64,000 bases of DNA from Sporopachydermia quercuum. Its lineage: Eukaryota. The notes beneath the pieces were generated by a model that searched no databases, was not told the DNA's origin, and was given only the letters and a program-made list of their open reading frames with translations. The translations under genes were made by a program, and so were the position numbers. Every line of letters begins with the position of its first letter. The first letter of the stretch is position 1. Of this stretch, positions 22,432-35,145 are shown piece after piece. The stretch is taken from NCBI GenBank assembly GCA_001599295.1, contig BCGN01000003.1, forward strand, positions 1,426,001-1,490,000, given 5' to 3'.

Positions 22432-23651
22432 TATATGATATACAGTTGATGACAACCTTTCCTTCTTTTCTATGGTCACTTGATTATACAGTAGTCCAAC
22501 TTTTCCGTCAATAATATGAACAGTTACTCTTTACAAAGTTTGTACAAGAAATTGATACAGACCAATGACAACAATCAACTCAACCGCAAAAGAATTACCA
22601 ACAGCAATATCACTATAATCAACTATATTCAACTGTATCAACACTATCGTAACAACAACACATATACTAACACTTACAATATAAGTATTGAATCAATCAG
22701 CTTTTTCTTCATCCATATTCAATGAATTTACCTCATTTGGCCCTCTCCCTTCTTCCCCCTATTATGTGCCATGCGCTATTCTCTGAGGTTTCCTGATTCA
22801 TCTTTCTTACCGACAAGCCGGGATTTCAAAAATTTTCAAGCGGGGGCCTTTCTTGCTATATGCTTTCGGCACTTAGAAATGATCTCGAGACACTCCTCCA
22901 AGGGTGAGCGGAGTTTCCCCACAGGGCAAAAGGGGTTACCCGTAGGAGGATTTGTAGGAAATAAGTACCTACCTGCAAGGATAGAGCCATTCGTACGTTG
23001 GATATGTCATGATATAGGGGATGAGGGGCCAGAAAGGCCAGAAATATATCCCTATTTTTGAAGTAAACCGTAGGCACGTATTGATGTATTTATTAAATGC
23101 TGGGTTATGAAGAATAAGTTGGCGAAAGTGATATGCTTGAGGATTAATCACTGCAGGGTGAACATGCACAATATGACGTATCTACACAAGCATGCATCCC
23201 ATTGATTACATGTATATTTCCAGTTGACCGATAATCCATCTTTCTCGGCCCGAAGAGCAGTTGAACAGAATATTCTATAATAATATGACCCTTAATTGCA
23301 ATTGAGGATACTCTAGTATTTAGATAAGAGAGTTACTGAGCGAATCTGATTACAGCTCATCAAATGACTGCATTGACAGCACCTATATTTAGTACCTAAG
23401 CATCTAGGAGAATGAAACGCTTGCAATTAATATCATTGGTACAAGTATCGGTGCATTAGGCTACATCACATATATTCGAGGGCAATAAGTGATACATTTA
23501 CAATAGTTCGTTGACAAGCACTAACTAACTAATATATTACAATCACATTAAGACTACATTCTTATCTGTACTGCAGATGGAACTGTCATCACGACAGCTA
23601 TTAAATTACAACTCCAACCATATTATCAACTTCTCTGCTTGATTCTTTGCT

Positions 23652-26624
23652 TCAACTAATCATCGATTTGCTTGCTCTCATTTTCTCTATCCTTTCTTTC
23701 AATTGAGATGTCACCTCTGTTGCTCGCTTCCATTCTTCTCTACCATCTCCGCTTCTACTTGATCCTGAATGATCAAATGTTTTGTACATACCTGTAGAGG
23801 TAGAACTTGGTTTACCAAACAAGTTCTCTTTTTGCTCAGTAGAGAATCCTTTCATGCCACTGGAGAGACCCATAACAGGGTTTTTATAGCTAGCACCACT
23901 ATCTATGTTGATATTACTAACTCTAGCTTCTAATTCTTCCATTCTGCTGCCATTGGGCTTCTGTAAAGGTATCCTTTCAGAGCTCGTTGATTTCACACTT
24001 GCTGCTGAAGAATGATACTTTTCTTCTATATCAAAAGAGCCATTTGATCCAACAGGACTTTGTTTCCTTTCTGTATTTCCAAACGATTGCTTGTTATCCA
24101 CACTTAAAGTATCTGTGAGCATATCAGCAGTTACAAGTCCTTTTTGCATTATAATATTAAGCCTCTGGGTATATTCAAGCTTCATCTGCTCATTACTCGT
24201 CTTTAACCGCTCTATTTCTAGTTGTAGCTTTGAGTTAAGTATCTTACTAGCGTCCAAATCTGTACTGGTTCTTGATAGTTGCGTCTCTTTTGATTTCAAT
24301 GCTAATGTATCTTTTGTATGTTCATCTGTTAATCTGTCAACTTTAGCTTGGAGATTACTGATTTCCTGCAGCAATCGGGTTTTCTCAGTTTGATGTTCTT
24401 GATGTTGCCACATCAACTTTTCTTTTTCCTTTGCTAGTTCTGCTTTACCCGCTCGTAATTGTTCTAATTCTGCCCGTTCACTAGGTGTCATTTGACTAAT
24501 AGCACTAGAATTCAATCCAACTGATACATTATTGCCTACGGTAGTAGTCACCGGAGCTCCTAAAGTTCTATTGGTCAGGCTACGGCCATTTTGACCATTG
24601 TTGAACACTGATACTTTGTTCCCATTATTACCATTACTAGCCGTTGATCCATCAATATCATTTATCGGCTGCTGACCATATCCACTGCTTTTTATTGATC
24701 CCATTCTCACGGGAGATCCAACAACACTTTTCTTATGTAAACTGGATCCTACTAAGCTAGATCCCGGAGTAGAAAGCATTCGTTTCTTTGCAACTTGGGT
24801 ACCAGGTGTCCTTAAACCAACTGGAACCGCCTCAGAGTTACCTCCAAGATCAATTTCTGATCCTGCACTACTGCCACCTGCTGAAGTATTTACACCTGCA
24901 CCTGGTCGTCCGTTCAATGGTCTACGAACAGCTCCCCCTGAACGAGCAGGTCCTCTGGCAGCTCCGTCTCTAGCACCAGTAAGATTAATAGTAGGTTTAC
25001 TACCACCGACTTTGGCTCTTACTTCAGCTTGTTCATAAAACTCCTTAATTTTAGATTTCTTGGAACCATCTGATACCTTCTCCAAATAGGGATTCATTTC
25101 TCGTTCACCAGTTATCTTCATAAGCGTCCCAACTAATTCACAAGCAGATGTTCTTACAGGCTCTTGAGCATCGTTCAATGACTTTTCCATTGATGCCATT
25201 AGCTGTTGAATCTCTCCTCTATTAGGAGCCAAGGAAGTAACTTTCAAGCAACGAATAATGAACTTAGTTGTTTCAATGCGAACATTAGGTGTTTTATGAT
25301 TAAGGAAAGGGACCACAATCTCAAATATATCAGAAAAGGAAACAGTACCAAATACAGCATCTAAAGCAGTTGCCAAAACAGTTGCTTGCTTCTTTTCTCT
25401 AGTTCTTTCCAATAGACTCGGCAATACCAGAGAAACATATTTCGAAAACTCTGTACGCAATGCTGTTGCCAATGAAGTAGTACAAGTAGCCGCAGCATTT
25501 GCTACTTGAATATTAGCATCTTTAGAAATAAGTTTACTGAGAATTCTCATCAAGTTTGTGTAATCAGCAGACTTGACAACTTTAGGAACATTTACAATTT
25601 CCACCAGTGAATCGATTGCCTCTTTTCTTTCTTTCCATTTGTTTGATATAATTAGCTCATAGAAACTATCAGGAATCTTACTCAGAATATCAGTTTCTTG
25701 AGCCATATCAAATGCATCAATCACTTGATTATCCTCAAAACCACTTGATTCATTACCCATCGAATAGTCTTGACTTTCGTTAGAAACAGCGGCAGCTTGT
25801 TGACGTTCCATTGCTTTTTGCTGAGATCTAAGGTATCTTTTCTGTTGAACAGGTTCACTTTTAACAGCATCAAATGCTGCTCTTAGGTCCTTTTGTTGAA
25901 CAGGCTTCAAATCATTGAACAGCAGTGTCTCTAACGAGTCTCCTATCCATCTATAAAGCTCTACACATAGTTTAGAGGTTTCTGCTCTTACATTTCGATC
26001 ACCGTGAGAGAAAAGCTTAGGAAGCAATGATATAATTGGTTGAGGTGAAACAGTTCTCGCTCCAAAAGCATCGAAGATTGAATTAAGAGCCAAAACTGTT
26101 GCTGCTACAAGTTTTGGTAGTTTATGTGAAAGAAATGGTAGCATTTCATCAATAACTGGTTGTGGTGTATCAAGCTCAATAAGCCATAATAGTGTTTCAA
26201 TCGATTTGTTTTTCGTTCCTGCCCTTGAAGAACTTAATCCTTTTTCAATCAAGCCTTTAACTACGATGCTTCTTATTCTCAAACAAGCTGTTGATCCACC
26301 AAATTCAAGGAACTGGTTCAATGCATTTATACCCTGCTCTTGAGCTACCATATTACTATCTGTCACCATCTTTCTAAATAGTTCAGGGTCTGATAATGAA
26401 GACTGAAAACATTCATCATATTCACTTGCTGATTTGGAGAATGTCTTGGCCATTTCTTCATATGCTTCTAAACGAACCTTCCAAACCTATAGATGTCGTT
26501 AGTTTATAAACAATGATGCGATTGACCTAGTAGGGATCACGCCTAAATCACATAAATGGTCACATACTTTATGAACAGCCCTTTCTTGCAAAGGCAAAGA
26601 GGAATAATCTTCTTCGTCAGCCAT
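23652..26624 (-). CDS. STU2: XMAP215/Dis1 microtubule polymerase Stu2 (two TOG domains plus coiled coil); 2 exons 26624-26568 and 26486-23652
   Basis: Spliced N-terminus MADEEDYSSLPLQERAVHK|VWKVRLEAYEE; TOG2 motif SNKWKERKEA; intron GTATGT(26567)..AACTAAC..TAG(26487). Confidence 0.93.
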
Positions 26625-28315
26625 ATTGATGTAATTATTGTACTGATCTAGCTTCTTTGTTTGCCTATATCGTATTCACTTAGCTTTTTATTGTTGAACC
26701 TAGATCTCTCGTTATGATACCTATTTATTGTTACTAACACATTAAAACAGTTATTGTCTGTTTATCCACTGGTTTTATTAGTGTTTTGGCTTCGAATTCA
26801 ATATCAAACATCCACATATACCTTCTTTTCGTTCTTTCTGCTACGCAACTAGTATTCAATCCATCAAATGTATTGTTTTTACAACAGCCTCTCTAGCACT
26901 AAGAATAGTATCCTATTCTACAATCAACGCAATTTTATAGATCTTTACAATCCTTTTTTTATCCTTTCTTTTTATCAAGCAAATTATCCACTATTGAAGT
27001 CATTTAGCGTATCCAAATCCACACAACATGGAAGAACTCCCGGTGTCTCTGTCTACAAACTGTATTGTTTATCTGATTTCTTTGCTCCCTCCCAAACAGG
27101 CAGAAAATAATTAGAATACCCTCAAAGAATGAAAATAAGGTAGCGAAGCCTGCATAATGATGCAAGAGCGACATAGTATGTTTAGGTATTTCCATAAAGG
27201 GAAAGTATAGAATAGGAAACTTAAAAATATTCCGACACCATGGCAACCAATAGGGTGTCTAATATGAACTTTTCTATTGAAGGTGGTGNGGGAATACAAG
27301 AGACTGGAAAATGGAGTGATGAGTTGAAGATACAAGTGGAGTTTGGTAGTGAATGAAAATGACCGTTGAAACAAGGAATGATGGATAATCATTATATTCA
27401 TTTGTTCTCCTATGATAGTTGACTGAATAATACTAAAAATTGTACGCAGATACTCAGTACTTCTTATGTTAGAGTTAAGGTGAATGTTGGAGTATTATAC
27501 GTATGATTCATACGTATAGTGGAAGCGCAGAAGCAATCGAAGGGAGGAGAAATCAATGAGAAATACATTTGATGATTCACAGATATAGATTTAGGTCCAG
27601 ATATGTTTTTAGACACTGGTTGTTGATAAATTCATTTGTGATACCTTCGTATACGAGTACGAAACAGTTCGAGGTATTCTTGCCATCTAAATATCCATTA
27701 TGTGGAATCAATTCAAATCATATATCAATCATATATCATTTATATATTGTCTTTCATCGTATTATCACTGCTCCTACGATTATTTTAATCTCCTCNAACC
27801 ATAATCTAAGTAAAGCCCAACATATTCAATTCAAATGATATAGTTCGACTTGACGACAGAAAGTCCATAACAAATAAAGAAACAAATATATAATAGATAG
27901 AAAACAGGATACAGAGAATGAAATGGCCTTCTTAACAGATAAGTTTCTCATCAATTAGAAGGCATGCAAATAGATGAATTTGTAATTAATTCGGCATTCA
28001 TTGAATCAAAAATAAAAAAGACACCATAAAAGATGTAATGAAAAGAAAAAGTCAACAGCCGGTGGTCGCGGAGGCCAAAGAAACAATTCTCCATTCAGAG
28101 AAATGATCGAAGAAACAATATCTTCCTTATACAGATTTTCATGACTCAACCAGAATCTCCTAATATATATCCTATCAATTCTTCAATCATACCCATTTAC
28201 TTCAACATGTTTTACTTACCTTTTTACCTGAACAGATTTTATATGAAACCAGCTGGTAGGATTCTCACATAACGATATATATATCGAACAACCCATTAAA
28301 GCTACAAACTGCCTT

Positions 28316-29015
28316 TCAAAAGATACCTTTCTTAGCCAATTCTTCATAAGGAGGAAGTTGGATTCCCCATTCTTCTTCGCCTTCTCGCACTTCATAATAT
28401 TTCTTTAAATCGACACCGTGAAAGTCATGATTGACCAAATTAAACCATGGGAAAACTCCAAAGGCCAATGCAGAAGATGTGGAATTTCCAGCAGCAACCT
28501 TTTGCAACCATGGTGCTAAATTTGATTGACCATATGGCTTTTCTCCCTTAGAAAGCTTAGACTTGATTTCATATCTATCTTTCTTGACTTCAGGAATGTT
28601 CTCTGACCAACCCCAGAATCTCTTTGAAGATCTTTGATATGCCAACAAGAATCCACCAAAGAAACCCAATAATACTCCAACTCTGTTGTATTTTCCCCCT
28701 AAACGTTGAAAAGCTTTGGTTTTATCTATAGGATCCAAATATGACCAAGCGTTCAATAGAATTGGAACAGATGCTGTTGTACCAGCCCAGTATGCATAAT
28801 CTGACGTCCTCATATATCTGACAACCCTATTGAAATGCGGATCAATATCTATGATCTACGAACTGTTAGTATCATTTCTTGCAACAAAATTCAGCCACAA
28901 AACCTTGCTCATCTTTGTTATTTCAAATAACATCACCGATTCAATTATCTTCCATTATTTATCCTTTACTTACCTCATATGGAGTCGCAGACGGAGGATT
29001 TTGTAGAACACCCAT
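28316..29015 (-). CDS. NUXM: Complex I accessory subunit NUXM (fungal 20.9/21 kDa subunit); 2 exons 29015-28974 and 28855-28316
   Basis: Spliced N-terminus MGVLQNPPSATPYE|IIDIDPHFNRVVRYMRTSDY; GGFLLAYQRSSKRFWGWSEN; PWFNLVNHDFHGVD. Intron GTAAGT(28973)..TACTAAC..TAG(28856). Confidence 0.88.
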
Positions 29016-29166
29016 TTTGATACTTAAGTAATATATAGAAAGTTGTGATTCTGTTAGTTGACCTTCCTAACTTTTTATCCTATCTTTATACCGTTAAGCT
29101 TCACGTTCTAGTATCACTTTTCATCCTATCTTTTCTGTCTTTTCTTCTTTTGTTTCCTTTATCTGC

Positions 29167-29210
29167 ATCTGCAGTAGTAGTATATGCAATCTGCAGTAGT
29201 AGTATATGCA
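29167..29210 (+). repeat. Perfect 22-bp tandem duplication
   Basis: ATCTGCAGTAGTAGTATATGCA occurs twice in the NUXM upstream region. Confidence 0.9.
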
Positions 29211-29822
29211 AACTTCTCATCATTTCTCTTATTATCCTGTCTATTCATTGGTCAACTCCTGAAGTGAGTGTTGAGGTGTTGAGATGCTATGTGTGCTATT
29301 GTATTACCGGACGGACAGACATGCTCCCTCCCATAGTAGGTATTTTTGGATATGTACTTTATTCTGGGCAAGGGAAAATTAACATATAGAGCTATTTCCC
29401 TTTGTTACGATTATAATCCGGGGGGTATATACAAGATAGTTCTTTATATGGAGAAAGAACACATCATATAATCGGACAGACAATATCACATCTCACTCCG
29501 TTATGAAAATTTTCAGCGAGAGTGATACTTTTCGCATTATGAGGCTAATAATACATCTGATAAAAGCTACGATAATGATGTTCATCTCAATTAGCCCATC
29601 TTGAGTAATAACTCTTGATGATGGGCTTTATAGGTACAGAACATACAATCTCATGTTTCTCGAAGAAAAGGACTAAATGCTGGAGGAGATAGGCGAATAT
29701 TCATTGGCTCAGAATCATAGGGATACTATATGATACAATGAATAGATTGTATCAATAGGACGAAGTAACTCAGGACACTTAGATTAAAGTAACTACTTCT
29801 CATTAAATGCAAATAGCTGAAA

Positions 29823-31388
29823 ATGCCTGGAACTATCAGCAATAATAACATCACCGAACAGGTGAACAAAAGACATAAAACCGGCTTAGGAGGTAGTCAA
29901 AGACCGAAAGATAAACTACTAAAGAACTTATCTGTAATGTACGCCAATCAACACCCTCTAGGTGTGAAACCAACAGGGAATGCTTTATTGCTTCCTCAAT
30001 CTGTTCAAAAACATCATGATCGGCTTCTGGGCGTATTTTCTTTATGGCCAGATGAACTGATTTTACTCTTTCTTAGTAACTTTCTTTCTGCTAAGGACGT
30101 ACTAGCATTTGCCCATGCATCCAGAGTAATGTATGCATACACATACCATGATGATATTTGGAGACGCCTATATCTATCACAATCTCTAGACTATCAATGG
30201 AAAGGTTCTTGGAGGAAAACATATTTACAAATTGACAAAGAATCAATGATTTTTTGTACTGGATCCTTATTGTGTTCCGACACTCTTTATCGACCTTTCC
30301 AATGTTCTCAAATCGATTACAATGCAATCATTGACGTTGAATCTTTACACTCTTTGAACAAAATACCCAGAATTGAAGCACCATTAACCAAAGAGAAGTT
30401 TCAAACCACGATTGATTTTCCATTTATTCTCGCGGGTCAAACATGGCCAAAATGGACTGTAGACGCTTTAGTACAAAGATTTGGAGATGAACTATTCAGA
30501 GCTGAAGATGCTTTATGGTCATTAAAACATTATGCGGATTATATGAAAGCAAATATTGATGAAGCACCATTATATTTATTTGATTGTAATAGCAAAGCAC
30601 ATGCGGAGTTGAGCAAAGAATATGGGATTCCAGAAGCTTTTCAAGAAGATCTTTTCGTTCTATTAGGTGAGGCCAATTGTAGGCCAGATTTTCGATGGGT
30701 CATTCTTGGTCCCGCTAGAAGTGGGAGCACGTTTCATAAGGATCCTAATGGAACATGCGCTTGGAATGCCGCAATCAAAGGTCGAAAACTATGGGTGATG
30801 TATCCTCCTGGCAATATGCCTGCAGGTGTAAGTACTGACGATGAAGAAAGCGAAGTAACTAGTCCTGCTAGTTTAGCTGAGTGGTTTTTAGGGGGATTTT
30901 ACCGTCAGGCAGTAGAAGATATGTTTGAGGGTAGATGTGTAATCGATGTATGTGAAGAAGGTGAAATGATGTATGTTCCTGCTGGTTGGTGGCATGCAGT
31001 AGCTAATTTGGAAGATTCTATTGCTGTTACGCAAAATTTTGTTCCTGCAAAGAAGATTGAAAATGTTTTATCGTTTATGAAGAATAAACCTGATCAATTA
31101 TCTGGATTCAACAAAGGGAAAGTGTTAAGAGCATTGGGGCAAGATTATGAGGGAGTTGCAGGAAACATTGAGGATGAGGAAGACGAGGATAAAATTGAGA
31201 ATGATGGTTGTAAAGTGAATGAGAAGATATTCCCATTGTTTTGCCAGTTATTAGAGAAATCTCAGTATAAGGATCTACTGGAGAAGGCGTTGGATCATCT
31301 GGGTAATAAGGAATCTCAGGCAAAGAGGAAAAAATGGCACGTTGAAGAAGAAAGCTTCAGCTTTGGATTTAATTTTAATGATGATTAA
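29823..31388 (+). CDS. F-box plus JmjC-domain 2-oxoglutarate/Fe(II) oxygenase (JMJD6-like)
   Basis: F-box-like FSLWPDELILLFL..LSAKDV; JmjC motifs RPDFRWVILGPARSGSTFHKDP (HxD) and YVPAGWWHAVANL..IAVTQNF. Confidence 0.88.
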   Translation: MPGTISNNNITEQVNKRHKTGLGGSQRPKDKLLKNLSVMYANQHPLGVKPTGNALLLPQSVQKHHDRLLGVFSLWPDELILLFLSNFLSAKDVLAFAHASRVMYAYTYHDDIWRRLYLSQSLDYQWKGSWRKTYLQIDKESMIFCTGSLLCSDTLYRPFQCSQIDYNAIIDVESLHSLNKIPRIEAPLTKEKFQTTIDFPFILAGQTWPKWTVDALVQRFGDELFRAEDALWSLKHYADYMKANIDEAPLYLFDCNSKAHAELSKEYGIPEAFQEDLFVLLGEANCRPDFRWVILGPARSGSTFHKDPNGTCAWNAAIKGRKLWVMYPPGNMPAGVSTDDEESEVTSPASLAEWFLGGFYRQAVEDMFEGRCVIDVCEEGEMMYVPAGWWHAVANLEDSIAVTQNFVPAKKIENVLSFMKNKPDQLSGFNKGKVLRALGQDYEGVAGNIEDEEDEDKIENDGCKVNEKIFPLFCQLLEKSQYKDLLEKALDHLGNKESQAKRKKWHVEEESFSFGFNFNDD

Positions 31389-32012
31389 GGAANGGTATAA
31401 GGAAACGGTAGAGGTAGTTTAGAATAACATTCTGAAACATGAATTTCTTTTTATAGAAATACGAAAAAATATATATAGATAAGCTGTATGGAAGTTGTAT
31501 TGCTATCTTTAAGAAATAAGAAATAACCAGTAGAGCATTAAAGTTTACTTGTTTATGAAAGTGCCTATTAACGGTTTATACTCTTTAGTTGCATGTTTAT
31601 TCATTTGGGCATTATGATCTAGCAGGCTGCCTTCTTCAAAATCCATGTTTATTAGGAAAGCTAAAGTTTCTTTAATCATAAAGCAATCTAATACAGTCTT
31701 ACTCTCACCAACCAAAAACACTACATTGAAATACACATACATCTGAAAAAATCATCATACAATTCATCTATACATAATATCANACTTTTCTTATTTACGC
31801 ATCAAATAAATAAAATCCGGATCATAAAATCACCTCCCCTTTTCTTTCTTTCTTTTCTTTTTCAATTCCCTAAGTACAACACAAGCTTAGTCCTTTCTTC
31901 CAATATTCATAACTTCACTCATGTCAATAATCATCACCATATCCCTTACTTCCTATGAGACGCCTACCCACATATCTAATTAAACAATGTACTAAGGTAT
32001 TGTCTTATCGGT

Positions 32013-34647
32013 TCATTCTTTCAGGTTTTGTAAGACAGAAAAACCATTACGAGGTGTTCTAACAACTGGTGCTTTCTTCATAGGTTGCGCTGGTAATGTT
32101 TGAGTCTGTTGTTGAGCTTGTTGCTTATTCACTGGTTTCTTTGTTCTTTCTATGTTCTTTACCTTATCCTTCGCCTTTTCTTTCGGTTTTTCCTTATCCT
32201 TTTCCCTATCCTTGTCCTTATCCTTATCATTGTTTTTATTGTCCCTATTGTTCCATGAGCTTCTATCTCTAGGTTTGGAAGTTTCTCTTTCATTGTTGAT
32301 TCTAGAATAAGTACCACCTGATCTTCCATCTTGTGGACGTATTCTTCCTCGTCCACGATAGAGTCCTCCTCGATAACCTCTATAACTTTTCGGTCTTTCA
32401 TCAGTTTTATCACTATCATCTTCAGAACGTAAAGGAATGTATACTTCGGGTTTTGGTGACAGTGTTGAGGTATATTTTTGATGAATATATGAACCCTCAG
32501 CTAATCTGCTTCCTTCTACTTCTTTTTCTTCTTCTTCTTCTTTCTCTTTTTTTTCTTGCTTATTCTGCTGCAGCTCCAATTGTTGTTGTTGTTGCTGTTT
32601 TAACTTGAGCAGTTCTATTCGGTCTTTCAAGGTAGATTCCAATTCTTCCACACGGGCTTCACTTACTGTTGGCGAACGAGTATGGCCTCTGTTGTATTCC
32701 ACAGTAACTTCATTGAGAGATGAGGTCAGATTTTCAGTTTGGGCGCCGCTCTTTTTATTACCTAGTAAACGAGAAGGTTTCAGTATAGTTGGTTTACCTT
32801 TGAATTGTCGCTTATCCTTCAAGTTAGCCGTAGCTGTAGGGGTTGCATCTTTTGAGGTATCAATAGGTGTGTTAATAGTAGAATTAGTAGTCGTCGTAGC
32901 AGCATCAGCACTAGTATTATCATTCGAATTGGTACTTTTTATGGAATCTTTTTCATTCTTTTCCAAAACCTCAGAGACTTTCTTCTCATTTCGAACAAGC
33001 TTATCTTGTTGCTGGTTCATTTCTTTTTCAACTATTTCTCGTTTTTCCTTCTCTTCATGTTCATGTTCTAATCTGTTTTCGATTTCAATGAATTTAGAAG
33101 CTGTGTCAACAGGCTTTGCTTCGCCAAAGGGATTGGATTTCTTTGGCTGAGGCGCCGGTGTCGATGCTGATTCAGTAGGAACAACNGTAATATTAGAAGG
33201 TGATAAAACGGTAGGTGTTGTCCGCCTTGTTGATTGAAGTCTATTTTTTGATATTGCTATTGAAGTAGTCGGTACAGCTGACTTATTAGCATTCGTATTG
33301 TTGATAATAGGATTATGGCTAACATGAGACCAATCTAAGTTATCTGTTACAGGCGCAGTGTGTGGGATATCGGTATCTCGATCGCTTCCTGCAGCTGCTT
33401 CTGATGTTGGAGTAGATCCTGTTGGTCCTCCAACTAACGATCTTCTTGGTCCAAATGAAGGCTGGTGTGACTTTTGCATAGCAACATTTACTCTGATTGG
33501 TTTCCCATACAAATGGAATCCTTCCATATCCAAAGCTTCTTTTAACAATTCTCTGGAAGGGAATTCTATAAAGCAGTAACCTTTTGACCTTTGCGTGAAA
33601 CCATCTCTGATTAGTTTGATGGATACGGGTTCATTATGAAGAGTGTCAGTTATTGCGGTGTGTATATCTTCTTCTTGAACATTTGGATGTAATCCTGATA
33701 TAATAGCAGTAAAAGGAGGTTGATTGGGTACAATTCCTGCATCTGGGTGAATATATCGTCTGTTATAAGAATTATAAGAATGAGATGAATAACTGCTTTC
33801 TCTGTTATGATTTGAGTATCTGGAGTTGTCATGATTATTATAGGAGTCTTGTCGTCTGTTAGAATAAGAAGAATATGCTTGACCGTTTGAGGCTTTAGTA
33901 TAATGTTAGTGACAGAAATATTATGCGTGTCAAGAAGACATAATCAGAGGTTTGGCATTTGAAGTAGGTGTCACAATGTGTAACAATATGTCTATTTTCA
34001 TGATATGGTTCATAGTGAGGATGAATTCAAAGTAATGATGATTTGGCTTACTAAAAGTCGGTAGGCCTGCATAACTCTTGTCCTTTTGATTTGTATTTGC
34101 CAATTCGATTGACAAGGCTACTTCAATACGGATGCATATGCCCATCAAAGAAAATGCAGCTCTCATGAAAAATCACCATCTCCTTAGCAATCGATGATAC
34201 TCCTCGTTACTAATTAACAATTGGAAACACATACAATCATTCAATTTGATATTAGAAACATCAAATTCATCATCATCAGCCCACGAATCAATTGCTGTAC
34301 CTGTAGTTGATAAGTTAATAACAATTCTCGATTCTTATAGTTCATTCTCATCCAATGATCAAAAAAACTATTCATGGCATAGTTTTTCATCAATCAAATA
34401 CATACTTTGAGCAGCTACAAAAGCTGTCAAGTCAACTTTTTTTCCCTTTTTATTAGCTGAAAATAGTCAATTATTAGTTAGTTTCTCCGACAAATCAACA
34501 GCAATTCAGATTGCTCTTGGCATCAATCCAAATATATTGATGGTCATGCTTGATGACACTGTGCCAAACTGTGAACACAGATTGTCATTACATCAGGAAC
34601 ATTGTTTCAACCTCTGGAGTGAACATCAATAGTCAAAACTTACCCAT
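32013..34647 (-). CDS. PSP2: PSP2-like / eIF4B-eIF4H-related RRM and RGG protein; 4 exons 34647-34644, 34456-34406, 34300-34235, 33892-32013
   Basis: Spliced N-terminus MANKKGKKVDLTAFVAAQSTAIDSWADDDEFDV; RRM (PNQPPFTAIISGL...SKGYCFIEF); KKSNPFGEAKPVDTASKFIEIE; RG-rich YRGYRGGLYRGRGR. It lacks the DWxxARG repeats of Tif3, which favours PSP2. Confidence 0.75.
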
Positions 34648-35137
34648 AAGAGAGTAAGTGGTTTCCTTTATTCAATCGAATTGCCAATAGTTTTCTACCG
34701 TTGATCTATTGTTTGTCCAATAAGTATATTCAATTGAATTGTTTTATCTACCCTGATATCAAGTGAAGGTTTGTAATCTTTTCAATACTAATCACAGTTT
34801 CTACTACGTTATATGCCACAATACACAATATGCAATACAATGCACAATAGCAGTAAACTAAGATGAGATATAAACACTGTTCTTCTTAATAGATGTTTCC
34901 AATAGGTGTATTATATACTAGAAAGCAATACAGCGTCAATTATTATAATTTGGATCTGAAAAGAAGACTTTTGTATCAAATTTCTATATTGGTATACGTT
35001 TATATCATTAGGAAATAACAAAGAAATACCTTGTTGTGTTTCTTAGTAACTGTGAGCCACTAAAAGCGAAGAGCATTAAGTAAGGAAATTCGAACTTAAC
35101 GTCTCACCATGGACAAATAGAGGAAAGGGGCTGTAAG

Positions 35138-35145
35138 TTACCCGG
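35138..35145 (+). promoter_or_regulatory. Reb1-type site (TTACCCGG)
   Basis: Exact consensus in the divergent PSP2/FMP27 intergenic region. Confidence 0.45.

Noticed and set aside
34153..34163. 11-nt match (AATGCAGCTCT) to 25S rRNA as recalled, antisense in PSP2 intron 3, a possible snoRNA guide
   Set aside because: An 11-mer match is near chance expectation and there is no correctly placed D/D' box.
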